Notes: generated by a model from the sequence alone, not told the origin. A stretch of 39,216 nucleotides of DNA from an uncultured Bacilli bacterium (GCA_947628325.1 CANQZL010000002.1:1-39216), one strand, 5' to 3'; shown: positions 19,008 to 27,948, counted from the first letter of the stretch. Numbers and translations are program-made.

Positions 19008-20030
19008 TTATGTTTCTTTTTTAAAAATAAAATATCTTTGAATTAACCAACTGAATATAAATAATAATATTTCAGTTAGTAATTTACTTATAAATTTATT
19101 AAAATTTAAATATGTTACAAATAATTTTAAGATTAAAGAATTAATAAGTATTATGAATAAGACTAATAAACTATATTTAATAGCCGTTAAATTATTTTTA
19201 TCATTATTTTGAAAAACAATTTTCTTATTTATATTATAATTTATTGTAGCACTAATAAAGCGAGCTAGCAAGTTTGCTAAAATTATTTTATTAAAACAGA
19301 TAACTAATAATGTATATAGAATAAAATCTATTAAAAAACAAAATATCGATGAAAAAGAAAATTTAATAATTTCTTTATATATTAAAAATGAATCTTTTAA
19401 AGTATTAAAATGACTTTGAGAATTATTATCTATATAAATAGTAGTAATTTCTACTTCTTTAATAGGTATTTTCCTTTTGGCAAACATTAATAAAACATTC
19501 ATTTCGTATTCAAATCTTTCACCATTAACATTTAATAATTCATTAATTAATTTGTTAGAAAAAGCTCTAAGTCCTGTTTGAGTATCATAGATATTTAATC
19601 CTGTAGTTAAAGAAAATATTAAACGAGTTATTCCATTCCCAAGACGTGAACGAAAAGGAATATTTTGATTACGTAAACGTTTACCTAATATTAAAGTGTC
19701 AGGATTTTTTTGAACATATTCTAATAGTTTTAAAGTATCTTCTATAGTATGTTGACCATCTGAATCCATCGTTACAACATAATAATTATTATTAAAATTA
19801 TTTTTTATATAGTTAAAACCATATTTTAAAGCATATCCTTTACCTTTATTACCAACATATTCTAATACTTCAGCATATTTTTGAGCTTCATTAAAAATTT
19901 GATTATATTCTTTGGTATTACCAGCATTAATTACAATAATTGTTACGTCTTCTTTACTTAATTTTTCTAATAAAGATATTAATTTATTATCAGGTTCATA
20001 AGCTGGTATTAAAACTATTTTATTATTCAT
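19008..20030 (-). CDS. glycosyltransferase family 2 fused to a GtrA-like membrane domain
   Basis: N-terminal IVLIPAYEPDNKL and the DSDGQH motif of GT2 polyprenyl-phosphate sugar synthases. The C-terminal 4-TM region (FCFLIDFILYTLL...ARFISATINYNINKKIVF) is typical of the GtrA family. Confidence 0.85.
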   Translation of the reverse strand: MNNKIVLIPAYEPDNKLISLLEKLSKEDVTIIVINAGNTKEYNQIFNEAQKYAEVLEYVGNKGKGYALKYGFNYIKNNFNNNYYVVTMDSDGQHTIEDTLKLLEYVQKNPDTLILGKRLRNQNIPFRSRLGNGITRLIFSLTTGLNIYDTQTGLRAFSNKLINELLNVNGERFEYEMNVLLMFAKRKIPIKEVEITTIYIDNNSQSHFNTLKDSFLIYKEIIKFSFSSIFCFLIDFILYTLLVICFNKIILANLLARFISATINYNINKKIVFQNNDKNNLTAIKYSLLVLFIILINSLILKLFVTYLNFNKFISKLLTEILLFIFSWLIQRYFIFKKET

Positions 20031-20048
20031 AATACTACTTCCTATACT

Positions 20049-20717
20049 TTATAAAACGTATAGTAAAATGGAAAAGAATTGAAAAATACTGCCACCTAAA
20101 ACAAAAAAGTGCCATATTGAATGCATGTATTTTACTTTACTACCTATTAAATAAACAATGGCTCCTAAAGTATATATAATACCACCAGTAAGAAGTAAAA
20201 CTAAACCTGGGGTAGCTAAATTATTAATTAATGGTTTAATAGCAAAAACAGCCATCCATCCTAAAATAAGATATATAGGAAAAGAAATCTTTTTAAACTT
20301 GTCTACATTTATACTATTTCCTATAATACCTATGATAGAAACAAGCCACATAATAATTAACATTATAATTCCTCTTATACCACCTATTACTAATAGTAAA
20401 TATGGAGTATAACTACCAGCTATTAATAAATATATACTACAATGATCAAAGACTCTAAATAATCTTTTAGCTTTATTAGGTTTAAAAGCATGATATAAAG
20501 AACTCATTGCATATAAAATAATTAAACTTACACCATAAATACAACTTGATATTATACCTAAGACATTATGATGAAGACTAGCAAAAACGATACATAATAC
20601 TAAAGCAGCAATAGAAAGTAAAGCTCCTATACCATGAGAAATAGAACTAATTAATTCTTCTGCTAAAGTATATTTAGGAATAGTTATTTTAGATTTCTTA
20701 TTTTTCATTTTATTCAC
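20049..20717 (-). CDS. hemolysin III / PAQR family membrane protein
   Basis: Seven TM helices with the family signatures SHGIGALLS, SSLYHAF, DHCSIYLLIAGSYTP and HSIWHFFVLGGS. Confidence 0.9.
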   Translation of the reverse strand: MNKMKNKKSKITIPKYTLAEELISSISHGIGALLSIAALVLCIVFASLHHNVLGIISSCIYGVSLIILYAMSSLYHAFKPNKAKRLFRVFDHCSIYLLIAGSYTPYLLLVIGGIRGIIMLIIMWLVSIIGIIGNSINVDKFKKISFPIYLILGWMAVFAIKPLINNLATPGLVLLLTGGIIYTLGAIVYLIGSKVKYMHSIWHFFVLGGSIFQFFSILLYVL

Positions 20718-20762
20718 CTAATAATATTATACATTATAAAATATAAATATGCTATTAGTATT

Positions 20763-20787
20763 AAAAAAACAAATCCAAAGATTTGTT
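20763..20787 (-). terminator. rho-independent terminator after the PNPOx-like gene
   Basis: Stem aacaaatc (20768-20775) / gatttgtt (20780-20787), loop caaa, then a T-run on the minus strand (plus-strand A5 at 20763-20767). Confidence 0.55.
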
Positions 20788-20791
20788 AAAA

Positions 20792-21190
20792 TTATAAGTT
20801 AATAACTTTTGGTTTATCATCAAATGAAGAAATTGTAGCTGTTACATTTTCTAAAGCTAAAGCAACGACATTATCATCATTAGCTTCATACATTTCTTCT
20901 AATTTAGGAAAATCATTTAAGATAAATTGCTTAACATCTTTACTATTTTCTTCTCTAGCTTCAGCTGTTACTCTTATCCACTCATCGCCATTATAAGAAC
21001 ATAATTCAACTTTGGGATTCTTTTTCATTTGCTTAAAAACATTTTTATCTTTAGTTGTTAAAATGTAAAGTTTATCATTAACTATTTTTATAGACATAAA
21101 GGGTCTTACTCGTGGTTGTTTACCATCCATAGTTGCTAAATAGTAACAATCTCCTTTACCATTTTTTAAAAAATTATATATTTCATTCAT
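20792..21190 (-). CDS. pyridoxamine 5'-phosphate oxidase-like FMN-binding family protein
   Basis: 132 aa. YYLATMDGKQPRVRPF...KLYILTTKDKNVFKQMKKNPKVELC matches the small split-barrel PNPOx-like pattern. Confidence 0.7.
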   Translation of the reverse strand: MNEIYNFLKNGKGDCYYLATMDGKQPRVRPFMSIKIVNDKLYILTTKDKNVFKQMKKNPKVELCSYNGDEWIRVTAEAREENSKDVKQFILNDFPKLEEMYEANDDNVVALALENVTATISSFDDKPKVINL

Positions 21191-21265
21191 TTATTTGACC
21201 TCTCTTCTAATATTAGTATGGTCAATTATTTAGATTTTAATCATTAAAAAAAATTAACATAAGTG

Positions 21266-22777
21266 TTAATCTTTTTCTATTAAAGAATTACCTTTAAATT
21301 CAATAGGAATTGGAATGTTTAAAAGACTTAAAATAGTTGGAGCAATATCAGATAATTTGCCTTCTTCTTTTAATTTAATATCTTTTCTTGTTACTATAAA
21401 TGGAACTTTGTTAGTAGTATGCGTTGTACAAGGTGTTCCATCTTCATTTATCATTACATCACAATTGCCATGGTCAGCTGTAACAATTAATGTACCATTT
21501 ACTTCACTTAGTTTGTCATATATTCTTTTTAAACAAGTATCAACAAATTCAACAGCTTTTACAGCAGCTTCATATACTCCAGTATGACCGACCATATCAC
21601 CATTAGCAAAATTTAATATTACAACATCTAAATAGTCTTTATTTAATTCTTCAATTAATCTATCTGTTACTTCTTGAGCACTCATTTCTGGTAATAAATC
21701 ATAAGTTGCTACTTTGGGAGAATTAACTAAAATACGCTTAGCATTTTTTAGTTCTATTTCTCTTCCTCCATCAAAGAAATAAGTAACATGAGCATACTTT
21801 TCAGTTTCAGCAATACGTAACTGATTAAGTCCTAAACTATCAATATATTCTCCTAAAGGATTATTTAAATTTTGATACTCAAAAGCATTTAAACCAATTA
21901 CTGTATCAGTAATAGGCATCATAGAAACTAATTTTACATTATTAAATTTAGTAACAGGCATTTCATTAAAATCTTTATTAGTTATAGCTGTACACATTTC
22001 TCTTAAACGATCTGGGCGATAGTTAAAAACGATAAGACCATCATTTTCAGATAATTTACCATCACAAATTACACTAGGCTTAATAAATTCATCTGTTATA
22101 TCATTTTTATAAGAGTATGCAAATACTTCTTGAGGTGTATCATACTTTTCACCTATACCATAGACAATTGCATCATAAGCTAGTTTTAATCTATCATAGT
22201 TATTATCTCTATCCATTCCATAATAACGACCACCAATAGTAACTATTTTACCAATTTTATCTTCTTTAATTTTATCTTCTAATTTCTTTACATAATCTTT
22301 TCCACTATGAACATCAGTATCTCTACCATCAGTAAATAGATGAAAATATAATTCTTTAATACCATTTTCTTTACACATATCAATTACAGCATTTAAGTGT
22401 CTAGTATGAGAGTGAATACCTCCATCACTAATTAAACCCATGATATGTAATTTAGAATTATTTTCTTTGGTATGATTAATAACTTTTAAGATATTTTCAT
22501 TATTAAAGAATTCTTTAGTTTCTATAGCATTATTAATAAGTTCTAATGGTTGATAGACAATTCTTCCTGCTCCAATATTCATATGACCTACTTCAGAATT
22601 ACCCATTTGTCCTTCAGGAAGACCAACTAGTTTACCAGAAGCTTCTAATATTGTATGAGGATATTCTTTAACAAGCATGTCAAATGTTGGCTTATGAGCA
22701 TTTAAAAAGGCGTTGCCTTCAGTTTCTTTACGAAGTCCACATCCATCTAAAATACATAATACTAAAGGTTGTTTCAT
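21266..22777 (-). CDS. gpmI: 2,3-bisphosphoglycerate-independent phosphoglycerate mutase
   Basis: 503 aa with LCILDGCGL, GNSEVGHMNIGAGRIV, SDGGIHSH and ADHGN motifs. Confidence 0.97.
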   Translation of the reverse strand: MKQPLVLCILDGCGLRKETEGNAFLNAHKPTFDMLVKEYPHTILEASGKLVGLPEGQMGNSEVGHMNIGAGRIVYQPLELINNAIETKEFFNNENILKVINHTKENNSKLHIMGLISDGGIHSHTRHLNAVIDMCKENGIKELYFHLFTDGRDTDVHSGKDYVKKLEDKIKEDKIGKIVTIGGRYYGMDRDNNYDRLKLAYDAIVYGIGEKYDTPQEVFAYSYKNDITDEFIKPSVICDGKLSENDGLIVFNYRPDRLREMCTAITNKDFNEMPVTKFNNVKLVSMMPITDTVIGLNAFEYQNLNNPLGEYIDSLGLNQLRIAETEKYAHVTYFFDGGREIELKNAKRILVNSPKVATYDLLPEMSAQEVTDRLIEELNKDYLDVVILNFANGDMVGHTGVYEAAVKAVEFVDTCLKRIYDKLSEVNGTLIVTADHGNCDVMINEDGTPCTTHTTNKVPFIVTRKDIKLKEEGKLSDIAPTILSLLNIPIPIEFKGNSLIEKD

Positions 22778-22837
22778 ATAATCACTCTTTCTCTTTTAAT
22801 ATTTTATCATATTTAGAATTAAATTATATTTATTTTT

Positions 22838-22863
22838 AAAAAAAGAATTAGTTTTACTAATTC
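22838..22863 (-). terminator. rho-independent terminator after the WXG100-like pair
   Basis: Stem gaattagt (22845-22852) / actaattc (22856-22863), loop ttt, then T7 on the minus strand (plus-strand A7 at 22838-22844). It overlaps the stop codon of the 97-aa ORF. Confidence 0.5.
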
Positions 22864-23150
22864 CCTTCTACTTGTTGTCTTGCTTGTGCTTCTAAATTTT
22901 GATATGCTGGTTTAACTGTTTCTGTCAAATATTTAGAACATTCTGATATTTCCTCTTTAAATGCTGGTATTTTATTTTTTACTTTATTAATAGATTCAAT
23001 GATTGCAGTTGCTGATTCTGATTGATAATTTTGGTTAACAGAATTAATTTCTGTTTCAAAATCATTAACAATTTCCTCTATTCTAGCTGCAGAATTTGTT
23101 AACTCAGTTGCTGCAATATCACATTCAACATCTGTAAATTTAAATGCCAT
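22857..23150 (-). CDS. WXG100-like small helical protein lacking the W-x-G turn (Esx partner-like)
   Basis: 97 aa with predicted helix-turn-helix size and composition. The C-terminal YQNLE fits YxxxD/E. Perfect AGGAGG SD. It lies 10 nt downstream of the WXG100 gene. Confidence 0.6.
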   Translation of the reverse strand: MAFKFTDVECDIAATELTNSAARIEEIVNDFETEINSVNQNYQSESATAIIESINKVKNKIPAFKEEISECSKYLTETVKPAYQNLEAQARQQVEGN

Positions 23151-23160
23151 CTTTTACCTC

Positions 23161-23436
23161 CTACATATTTTCTTCTAAGTCACGATAACTACTACCTACA
23201 TTTTCAACTAGTTCACCATGACCTTGCATTAATTCTGCTAATTTATCAAAATCTTGTCTGTAACTTTCAATACTATCCGTGTATCTTTTGGCTGATTCAC
23301 CAGTCCAACTATTTTTTAAATCATCAATAGTACTATAAATCTTTCTTATTTCTTCTTTAAATTCTGTTGTACTAGATTTAATCTTGTTTCCATCATCAAT
23401 TAATTTCATATAGTCATCTAAATCTATGCTACTCAT
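23161..23436 (-). CDS. WXG100 family (EsxA/ESAT-6-like) protein
   Basis: 91 aa with a central W-T-G in NSWTGESAKRY and a C-terminal YRDLE (YxxxD/E). Typical WXG100 length. Confidence 0.75.
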   Translation of the reverse strand: MSSIDLDDYMKLIDDGNKIKSSTTEFKEEIRKIYSTIDDLKNSWTGESAKRYTDSIESYRQDFDKLAELMQGHGELVENVGSSYRDLEENM

Positions 23437-23472
23437 TCAAACACCATCTTTCCATATACTATTTATAAATTA

Positions 23473-23500
23473 ATTATAGCTTATAATAGTTAGTTTGCAA
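23473..23500 (-). promoter_or_regulatory. sigma-A type promoter of the WXG100-like pair
   Basis: On the minus strand, TTGCAA (23500-23495), a 16-nt spacer, then TATAAT (23478-23473). Confidence 0.5.
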
Positions 23501-23552
23501 AGTAGGTTTTACATTTTTTAACGTTTTAAAAAGCTTTATAAATAAAAAAGAA

Positions 23553-24716
23553 CTAAATTTTATCTAGTTCTTTACTAATTTCTTCTTTATTGATTCCTTT
23601 ACCAATAAAGACTAATTTAACCATTTTATCACCATAGAAATCATCCCAATCTTTTTGCATATCAGGATTGGCTTCTAGGACTTCTTTTTGAACTTGAGGA
23701 GATTCTGAAACTAACCAAGGACCAGCTTCATAAATATTCTTTAAAGTTCCAGCTTGTTCAAACATATAAGACATATTTTTATCATCATTAAAATAAGTAA
23801 TACCTTTTACTCTAATAATTTTTTTAGGCCATGGTTTACCAATGTAGTCATAGAATTTTTTACGATCCATAGGTTCACGACGATAGTAGACAAAAGTATT
23901 GATACCATATTCTTCTACTTCACCTTCATCGTGATGGTGATGATGCTCATTATGCTCATGATCATGGTCATCATCGTCTTCTTCAACTTCTTTATCTATT
24001 TCAGCATACCAACCAGAAGATGTTACAGCTTTTTCAAAGTCAAATTGATGTGTTTCTAAAATTTCTTTTAAATCAACTTTAGAATAATTAGTTTCAATAA
24101 CTTTGGCATTAGGCTGTAAAGCACGTAAAACATCTTTAACACTAGAAAGTTCTTCTTTGGTTACTTCATCTATTTTATTTAAAATTATAGTATCACAAAA
24201 TTCAACTTGTTGAATAATTAAGTTTTCTATGTCTTCTTCTAATATTTTATCATTTAATAAATCAGCACCTTGATTAAATTCATCAGATAATCTTTTAGCA
24301 TCTACAACTGATATAATTGAATCTAAATAACAAAGCTTAGGCATATTATATTGGGTATAAGCATCTTCTAAAGCACAAATAGTCTGAGCTATAGGAATTG
24401 GTTCACATATTCCACTAGCTTCAATGATTATATAATCAAATTTTTTAGCTTCGATAATATCTTGTAATTGATTTAATAAATCAGTATTCAAAGTACAACA
24501 AATACATCCATTTTGTAAAGCAACTAAGGAATCATCTTTACCACTTACAATGCCACCTTTTTCTATTAAAGAAGCATCTATATTAACTTCACCAATATCA
24601 TTTACAATTACAGCAATTTTATATCCTTCTTGATTATTTAGAATATGATTTAAAAGGGTGGTTTTTCCACTACCTAAATAACCAGTTAATAATGTTATTG
24701 GAATACATTTACTCAT
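23553..24716 (-). CDS. COG0523 (CobW/ZigA/YeiR-type) metallochaperone GTPase with His-rich insert
   Basis: Walker A GYLGSGKTTLLN, metal-binding GCICCT (CxCC), and NKID as NKxD. A His/Asp/Glu stretch DDDDHDHEHNEHHHHHDEGE (about nt 23922-23990) sits between the GTPase and the CobW_C-like domain. Confidence 0.92.
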   Translation of the reverse strand: MSKCIPITLLTGYLGSGKTTLLNHILNNQEGYKIAVIVNDIGEVNIDASLIEKGGIVSGKDDSLVALQNGCICCTLNTDLLNQLQDIIEAKKFDYIIIEASGICEPIPIAQTICALEDAYTQYNMPKLCYLDSIISVVDAKRLSDEFNQGADLLNDKILEEDIENLIIQQVEFCDTIILNKIDEVTKEELSSVKDVLRALQPNAKVIETNYSKVDLKEILETHQFDFEKAVTSSGWYAEIDKEVEEDDDDHDHEHNEHHHHHDEGEVEEYGINTFVYYRREPMDRKKFYDYIGKPWPKKIIRVKGITYFNDDKNMSYMFEQAGTLKNIYEAGPWLVSESPQVQKEVLEANPDMQKDWDDFYGDKMVKLVFIGKGINKEEISKELDKI

Positions 24717-24804
24717 TTATATCACTCATTTCTATACCTAACTATTATAGCATTATTTAATTAAAAGTATCTATTTTTTTAAATAATATTTATTTTAGTC
24801 AGAT

Positions 24805-24830
24805 AAAAAACCAAATATTAATTTGGTTTT
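24805..24830 (-). terminator. terminator-like hairpin after the acyltransferase operon
   Basis: Stem aaaaccaaat / atttggtttt (24807-24816 / 24821-24830), loop atta. AT-rich with a CC/GG core. It abuts the stop codon of the 216-aa ORF. Confidence 0.45.
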
Positions 24831-25479
24831 AACTATCTTGACATCTACTATTAAGTTCTTCTTCTAATGTACGATTAGTTTCTTTTAAATTTTTCTTAAT
24901 AAGACTTTCTATTTCTTTAGATAATTTTTTATTCCATTTTTCTAAATCATCACTATTAACTAAGAATGGTTTACCATATCTAATCATTAAGTTTTTACTA
25001 CGAAATTTATAATCGCCAGTAACAGCACAAGGAACAATTAACGCATTTGTTTTATGAGCCATTGATACAGTACCAAATTTAAAATCTAATAATAATTTAT
25101 CATTAGTTTTGTTTCTGGTTCCTTCAGGGAATAGACCAATAGCTCCATCGTTTTTTAAAACATCTAAAGCTGCTTCAGTAGCTTTAGTATCTTTTATAGA
25201 TCTATTAACGGATATGCAACCAACCATTTTAAAAAACCAAGCCATTTTACCATCAAAGTATTCTTTTTTAGCCATGTAATGAATTACTCTTTTGGTTGCC
25301 ATAATAGTTAGACATTGATCAAATAAATGTTTATGATTAGAAGCTATTAAGATAGCTCCTGATTTAGGAATGTATTCTTTATTAACTATTTTAGGATTAT
25401 AATAAAGTCTAAATAATATTCTCATTAAAGGAGTAAGTAGTTTGTACCCTAATTCACCTTTAAACTTCTTTTTTTTCAT
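24829..25479 (-). CDS. PlsC/LPLAT-family acyltransferase (1-acyl-sn-glycerol-3-phosphate acyltransferase-like)
   Basis: HX4D motif NHKHLFD and FPEGTRN. The start overlaps the ligase gene by 20 nt. Confidence 0.88.
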   Translation of the reverse strand: MKKKKFKGELGYKLLTPLMRILFRLYYNPKIVNKEYIPKSGAILIASNHKHLFDQCLTIMATKRVIHYMAKKEYFDGKMAWFFKMVGCISVNRSIKDTKATEAALDVLKNDGAIGLFPEGTRNKTNDKLLLDFKFGTVSMAHKTNALIVPCAVTGDYKFRSKNLMIRYGKPFLVNSDDLEKWNKKLSKEIESLIKKNLKETNRTLEEELNSRCQDS

Positions 25480-27244
25480 TACGTTTTTCCGCCCTTTTTT
25501 CCATATTTTCTTGTTGTAATTTTCTAAAATCTACTTTACCAATCATTGTTTTAGGTAAACTTTTTCTAAACTCAAATTCCTTTGGTATAGAATATTTTGC
25601 TAAATTTTTTTCACATAGTTCTAATAATTCTTTACGTAATTTTGGAGTATCATGATATCCTTGTTTTAATGCTATATAAGCTTTTGCTACTTCAACTTTG
25701 TAAGGATGAGGAATACCTATAACAGAAGAATCCATTACCGCAGGATGTCTTTCTAAAACTTCTTCTATTTGTGAAGGATATACATTGTATCCAGAAGATA
25801 CAATCATTCTTTTTATTCTTGTTTTATAAGTAATAAAACCATCTTTATCCATTACGCCTATATCACCACTATGAAGCCATACATTACCATCTTTATGAAT
25901 ATGTAAAGCTTCATTAGTTTCTTTTTCATTATTATAATAACCTAACATAACTGTAGGTCCACATATACAGATTTCTCCTTCTTCTAAAGGAGGAACTTCT
26001 TCATCTGTACCAGGTTTGGTAATAGCTACGTATGTACCAGGCCATGGTATGCCGACACTACCAGGACGAGAAGCAAATTTTAAGTCGAAACTGATTGCAG
26101 CAACAGCTTCAGTCATTCCATATCCTTGAGTTAGATTAGTCTTAGCACCATGTTCATGTAAGAAATCATTAATTTTATTAACACGGTCTTTATTAAGGCT
26201 GTCGCCTCCTGATATAACATATTTTAAATTAGATAAATTGACATTTTTCATTCTCTCATTAGTAGTTAAAGCTTCAAATAATGTTGGTACTCCTACTAAA
26301 ACACTAGGATTATATTTTACAAGTAGTTTATCAAATTCAGAAGCTTTAAAAGTTGGGATTAAAACTACTTTAGCTCCTACGGCAAAGGCATCAGTAATGC
26401 TTACTGATAGACCAAAACCATGAAAGATAGGCATTATAGCTAAGATTATATCGGTTTTAGCTAAATCGGGTAAAGCTCTTTCAGCTTGCATTATAGCAGC
26501 TGTAAAATTACCATTTGATAAAACAATTCCTTTTGGAACACCTGTTGAACCACCACTATGTAATATTACGGCTGGAGTATCTTTGCCAGGGTTTGCATAT
26601 TCAATATCTTTATTATAATGTTCACCATATTTAATAAAATCTTTCCAATAAATATATTCCTCGCTCTTTTTAGGCTTTTTAACATTTCTTCCTTGAGTAA
26701 GTTCATAGCCGATTTTCATTAGAGGATTCATAGAATCTTTAGCAGAAAGAATAATAGTTTTATATACTTCTGTTTCACTAATAATATTTTTTATTTTACT
26801 ATAAGTTATATCCATAGCCACTAAAACAACAGTAGAATATCTTTGTAAAGCTTCTTTTATTTCGTTTTCAGATGATAAAGGGTGAATCATATTAGCAACT
26901 GCCCCTATTTTATTTAAAGCATAAAAAGCAATCAAAGCTTCAGGAATATTTGCTGATAAAATAGTTACAACATCACCTTTTCTTATTCCTTGACTACAAA
27001 AAGCTCGACTACATTGACTTATTTTACTAAAAAATTCTTGATAAGTAATTTTAGTACCAAAATAATCAATAGCAATATTATTCTTATAGTAATTATTTAA
27101 AGAGGCTCTTTTTAAATACTCATATATAGATATATTTGGAACATCAAAGTTCATTTGCTTTTTATCATAAAATTTCTTCCATCTTGCTTTAGGTTTCTTC
27201 TTAAAACCTATTAAACTAAAAAACTTCATATCTAAAATTCCCAT
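25460..27244 (-). CDS. AMP-dependent synthetase/ligase (long-chain fatty acyl-CoA/ACP ligase-like)
   Basis: AMP-binding motifs HSGGSTGVPKG, GYGMTE, SGDIG..DKDGF and RIKR. It has a basic N-terminal extension and a Lys/Glu-rich C-terminal tail. AAGAGGAA SD. Its start lies 1 nt after the stop of the upstream acyltransferase. Confidence 0.92.
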   Translation of the reverse strand: MGILDMKFFSLIGFKKKPKARWKKFYDKKQMNFDVPNISIYEYLKRASLNNYYKNNIAIDYFGTKITYQEFFSKISQCSRAFCSQGIRKGDVVTILSANIPEALIAFYALNKIGAVANMIHPLSSENEIKEALQRYSTVVLVAMDITYSKIKNIISETEVYKTIILSAKDSMNPLMKIGYELTQGRNVKKPKKSEEYIYWKDFIKYGEHYNKDIEYANPGKDTPAVILHSGGSTGVPKGIVLSNGNFTAAIMQAERALPDLAKTDIILAIMPIFHGFGLSVSITDAFAVGAKVVLIPTFKASEFDKLLVKYNPSVLVGVPTLFEALTTNERMKNVNLSNLKYVISGGDSLNKDRVNKINDFLHEHGAKTNLTQGYGMTEAVAAISFDLKFASRPGSVGIPWPGTYVAITKPGTDEEVPPLEEGEICICGPTVMLGYYNNEKETNEALHIHKDGNVWLHSGDIGVMDKDGFITYKTRIKRMIVSSGYNVYPSQIEEVLERHPAVMDSSVIGIPHPYKVEVAKAYIALKQGYHDTPKLRKELLELCEKNLAKYSIPKEFEFRKSLPKTMIGKVDFRKLQQENMEKRAEKRNEKKEV

Positions 27245-27245
27245 A

Positions 27246-27827
27246 TTAGTTCCTCTTTTCTTTTAATTTATCACTAACTATTTTCATTAATTTTTCATTC
27301 TCTAAAGTTAAGTTAGAGTTTTTAACTTTATATGGTTTTAAAAATTCAATAGTTATTTCTTTTTTAAACCATTTATATTTCCCTGTAATAATAAAAGGTA
27401 CGATTGGTGAAGATGTTTCATAAGCCATTTTAACTGCTCCTATTTTAAAAGGCATTATTACATCTTTAGTTCTATTTATTGTACCTTCTGGAAATATTCC
27501 AATTACTTTACCATCTTTTAAAGAAGAGATAGCTTGGTTTAAAGCTCCTTTATCATGAATTTGCCTATTAACAGGAATAATTCCTAAATTATTAAATATA
27601 ATCTTTTTAGGTCCTTTTATTAAGGAATCTTTTGCTAAGAAGTGAATAACTCTTTTAGTAGAACTAAGTAATAATATACAGTCAAAATTATTTGTATGAT
27701 TACCACTTAATATAAATGAATTATCTTTAGGAATATTTTCAAGACCAATATAAGTAGGACGAAAAGCTATTTTAACAAAAAGTTTAACTATTGGACGAAT
27801 TATTCTATAAAATATTGGTTCTTTCAT
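27246..27827 (-). CDS. PlsC/LPLAT-family acyltransferase (second copy)
   Basis: HX4D motif GNHTNNFD and FPEGTINR. I prefer ATG 27827 (AAGGAG SD 6 nt upstream, N-terminus MKEPIFYRIIRP). The ORF track starts 9 codons earlier at 27854. Confidence 0.85.
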   Translation of the reverse strand: MKEPIFYRIIRPIVKLFVKIAFRPTYIGLENIPKDNSFILSGNHTNNFDCILLLSSTKRVIHFLAKDSLIKGPKKIIFNNLGIIPVNRQIHDKGALNQAISSLKDGKVIGIFPEGTINRTKDVIMPFKIGAVKMAYETSSPIVPFIITGKYKWFKKEITIEFLKPYKVKNSNLTLENEKLMKIVSDKLKEKRN

Positions 27828-27948
27828 TACTTTCTCCTTAATTAATTTTATCATGTTATTTTTAAAATATGCTAATTATGAGTCAAACTCATATATTTAT
27901 TTTAACATATATTATATTTATTTGTTTCTAAATTTAAAAAAATAAAAA

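Noticed and set aside
24751-24785. AT-rich near-palindrome (aaataa-tat-ttattt) upstream of the COG0523 gene, considered as a Zur box
   Set aside because: It has only 6+6 bp of pure A/T and no resemblance to the TCGTAAT-n-ATTACGA core of Firmicute Zur boxes. Such palindromes are expected by chance at this base composition.
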